64,000 bases of DNA from an uncultured Chloroflexia bacterium (GTDB lineage Bacteria > Chloroflexota > Ktedonobacteria > Ktedonobacterales > JADMIN01). The stretch covers positions 4,760-68,759 of the forward strand of contig CAWIYP010000003.1 in assembly GCA_963840335.1 (NCBI GenBank), read 5' to 3'. Position numbers and translations under genes: made by a program. Every line of letters starts with the position of its first letter. The stretch's first letter is position 1. The notes under the pieces are model-generated. The model was given only the letters and a program-made list of their open reading frames with translations. It was not told where the DNA came from and did no database searches. Positions 62,516-64,000 of this stretch are shown one piece after another.

Positions 62516-64000
62516 ATGAGCGAAGCACCCCAGGCAGGTCAGCCGACAAACCCCTCCGCCTGGGGCCAGCCCATCGCCGAGGCGCGCCAGGCGGAGCTGG
62601 ATACCCTCGCCAGCCAGCAGACGGCATGGGCCGCGCAGCCTGCCGAGAGCAGGGATAGCGGGCCGCTCTGGCGTGTCGCGCTGACCGGAGCCGATGTCTT
62701 CTGGCTGGCCAAACGCGCGCTGGCGGAACCGCACGGCGATATGGACGCCGCCGAGAGGAAGCTGCTCACGGAAGACTTCATCGAGCGACAATCGCTGAAC
62801 CTCCCGGCTCTTCATCTGGAGGGCGCCGACCTGCGCGAGACAGCGCTGGAACGGGCAATCCTCAGCGCCGCGCACCTGGAGCAAGCCGATCTCAGCGCCG
62901 CGTCGCTGGGGCAAGCCGACCTCAGCGCGGCGCATCTGGAGCGGGCCATCTTCCGCGCGGCATCGCTAGAGCGGGCCGATCTCACTGGGGCGCATCTGGA
63001 GCAGGCGGTTCTGCGCGAGGCGCATCTGGAGGGCGCGGTACTCATCGAAGCGCGCCTGGAGTTGGCCTATCTCAGCGCCGCGCATCTGGAGGGCGCCCAC
63101 CTCAACCAGGCGCGTCTGAGCGGCGCCGTCCTCCGCGAAGCCCATCTGGAGGGCGCTGATTTTCCCGAGGCGCACCTCGCAGGGAAGGTTTACGCAGCCG
63201 ATGACGCGGACTGGCTGCGTGTACGTGCGGTGTTTCCCGACTTCCCGCAAGCGCTGCCCGCCGCCGATCTCCGAGAAGCGTTTTTCGATAGCGTCACCAT
63301 GCTGCGCAATGTCACCTTTGCCGCGCCATCCACCGCTGGCGGCGTGATGAGCGCGGGACCACGCATCGCCGATGTCCGGTGGGGCGATGTCAATCTGGCC
63401 CTGATTGATTGGTTTCCCCTGATCGAACATGGCGTCATCCTGGGCGATGAGCGCGAGGCGCGTGCCTGGCAGCCAGAGCCGTATGTGGAGCAGGAGGACG
63501 CCGCCACGCAGCCCGAGGAATCCCGCCTCGACGCCGAGAGCGCACATGCCGAGCGCCAGCGGCGACAGGGCTTCAGCGTCTGGGCGGCGGCTGCCCGCGC
63601 CAACCGCCAGTTCGCCACAGCCCTGCGCGACCAGGGGATGAGCGACGAAGCCGATTACTTCTCGTACCGCGCGCAGGTCGTGCAGCGAGCGATGTGGCGG
63701 CGGCGGCGCAAATGGGGGCGCTGGCTCTTCTCAGGCTTCCTCGACCTGCTGGCTGGCTATGGCTACAAGGCCCAGCGCAGCCTGAGCGCCTACCTCCTCC
63801 TCCTCGCCGTCTTCACTGTCCTCTATCTGCTGGCGAGCAACGGCTGGCTCACCTTCGGGCTGCCACGCTCAACGGTGCATCCGCTCCAGTGGTATGAGGC
63901 GGTTGTGTTGAGTGTGTCATCCTTCCACGGGCGCGGCTTCTTCCAGCCCGTGCAGAGTTCCAGCGACCCCATCGCCATGCTCGCGGCCATCGAAGCCGTC
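62516..64000 (+). CDS. Pentapeptide-repeat protein with a C-terminal membrane/channel-like region (3' end beyond the window)
   Basis: My own translation from ATG 62516 (RBS GGAGGG) is open to the window end, 495 codons. About 60 residues x 5-residue periodicity (LHLEGADLRETALERAILSAAHLEQADLSAASLGQADLSAAHLERA...). This is followed by WLFSGFLDLLAGYGYK, a TM helix and VVLSVSSFHGRGFF. It is absent from the ORF track because it is unterminated. Confidence 0.85.
   Translation, partial: MSEAPQAGQPTNPSAWGQPIAEARQAELDTLASQQTAWAAQPAESRDSGPLWRVALTGADVFWLAKRALAEPHGDMDAAERKLLTEDFIERQSLNLPALHLEGADLRETALERAILSAAHLEQADLSAASLGQADLSAAHLERAIFRAASLERADLTGAHLEQAVLREAHLEGAVLIEARLELAYLSAAHLEGAHLNQARLSGAVLREAHLEGADFPEAHLAGKVYAADDADWLRVRAVFPDFPQALPAADLREAFFDSVTMLRNVTFAAPSTAGGVMSAGPRIADVRWGDVNLALIDWFPLIEHGVILGDEREARAWQPEPYVEQEDAATQPEESRLDAESAHAERQRRQGFSVWAAAARANRQFATALRDQGMSDEADYFSYRAQVVQRAMWRRRRKWGRWLFSGFLDLLAGYGYKAQRSLSAYLLLLAVFTVLYLLASNGWLTFGLPRSTVHPLQWYEAVVLSVSSFHGRGFFQPVQSSSDPIAMLAAIEAV

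Overview
This is a 64-kb window of a high-G+C bacterial chromosome, roughly two-thirds G+C by eye. The gene content and the palindromic GEG-type repeats suggest Chloroflexota, but that is a low-confidence guess. No rRNA, tRNA, CRISPR array, transposase, integrase or recognisable defence system was found.

Most of the window is ordinary housekeeping and stress genes:
- HtrA protease, an ANTAR response regulator, and PSP1/GNAT.
- A long minus-strand run: lysA, SCP2, tlyA, a BadF-type kinase, and a MoxR/vWA pair.
- An nfeD-SPFH pair convergent with a MerR-vWA pair.
- Two molybdopterin oxidoreductases, an SDR and Bcp.
- A persulfide-stress-type cluster: ArsR and DUF302 divergent from rhodanese, an MBL-rhodanese fusion, a Trx-Grx fusion and an orphan groES.
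- EamA, an ECF sigma factor and an MGMT/Ada-Zn protein, all translationally coupled.
- thiL, GtrA, murA, an HTH-cyclase, a polysaccharide deacetylase, an M20 amidohydrolase, DinB proteins, tatAC, a lipid kinase, a Ski2-like helicase, selB, a PhoR-like kinase and a pentapeptide-repeat protein.

Observations worth a second look:
1. A family of long palindromic intergenic repeats sits at four loci. One copy is cleanly nested inside another, and an internal hairpin keeps its pairing through compensatory base changes. Two of the clusters bracket selB.
2. A 254-bp MITE-like element has 15-16-nt terminal inverted repeats and a perfect 8-bp target-site duplication. Next to it is a five-copy hairpin array upstream of the ANTAR regulator.
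3. A textbook MerR-type promoter (19-bp spacer, centred dyad, near-leaderless) drives a MerR-vWA pair.
4. MurA carries Asp in place of the fosfomycin-target Cys.
5. A lower-GC island encodes a lipoprotein lipase and an unknown secreted partner.
6. There are many single-base frame disruptions in conserved genes, mostly at short G/C runs. This points to indel-type sequence errors, real gene decay, or both; one crtI-like gene has at least five.

I found no convincing multi-gene novel system. The MerR-vWA module and the repeat family are the best leads. Long antisense ORFs in the track are treated as high-GC artefacts.
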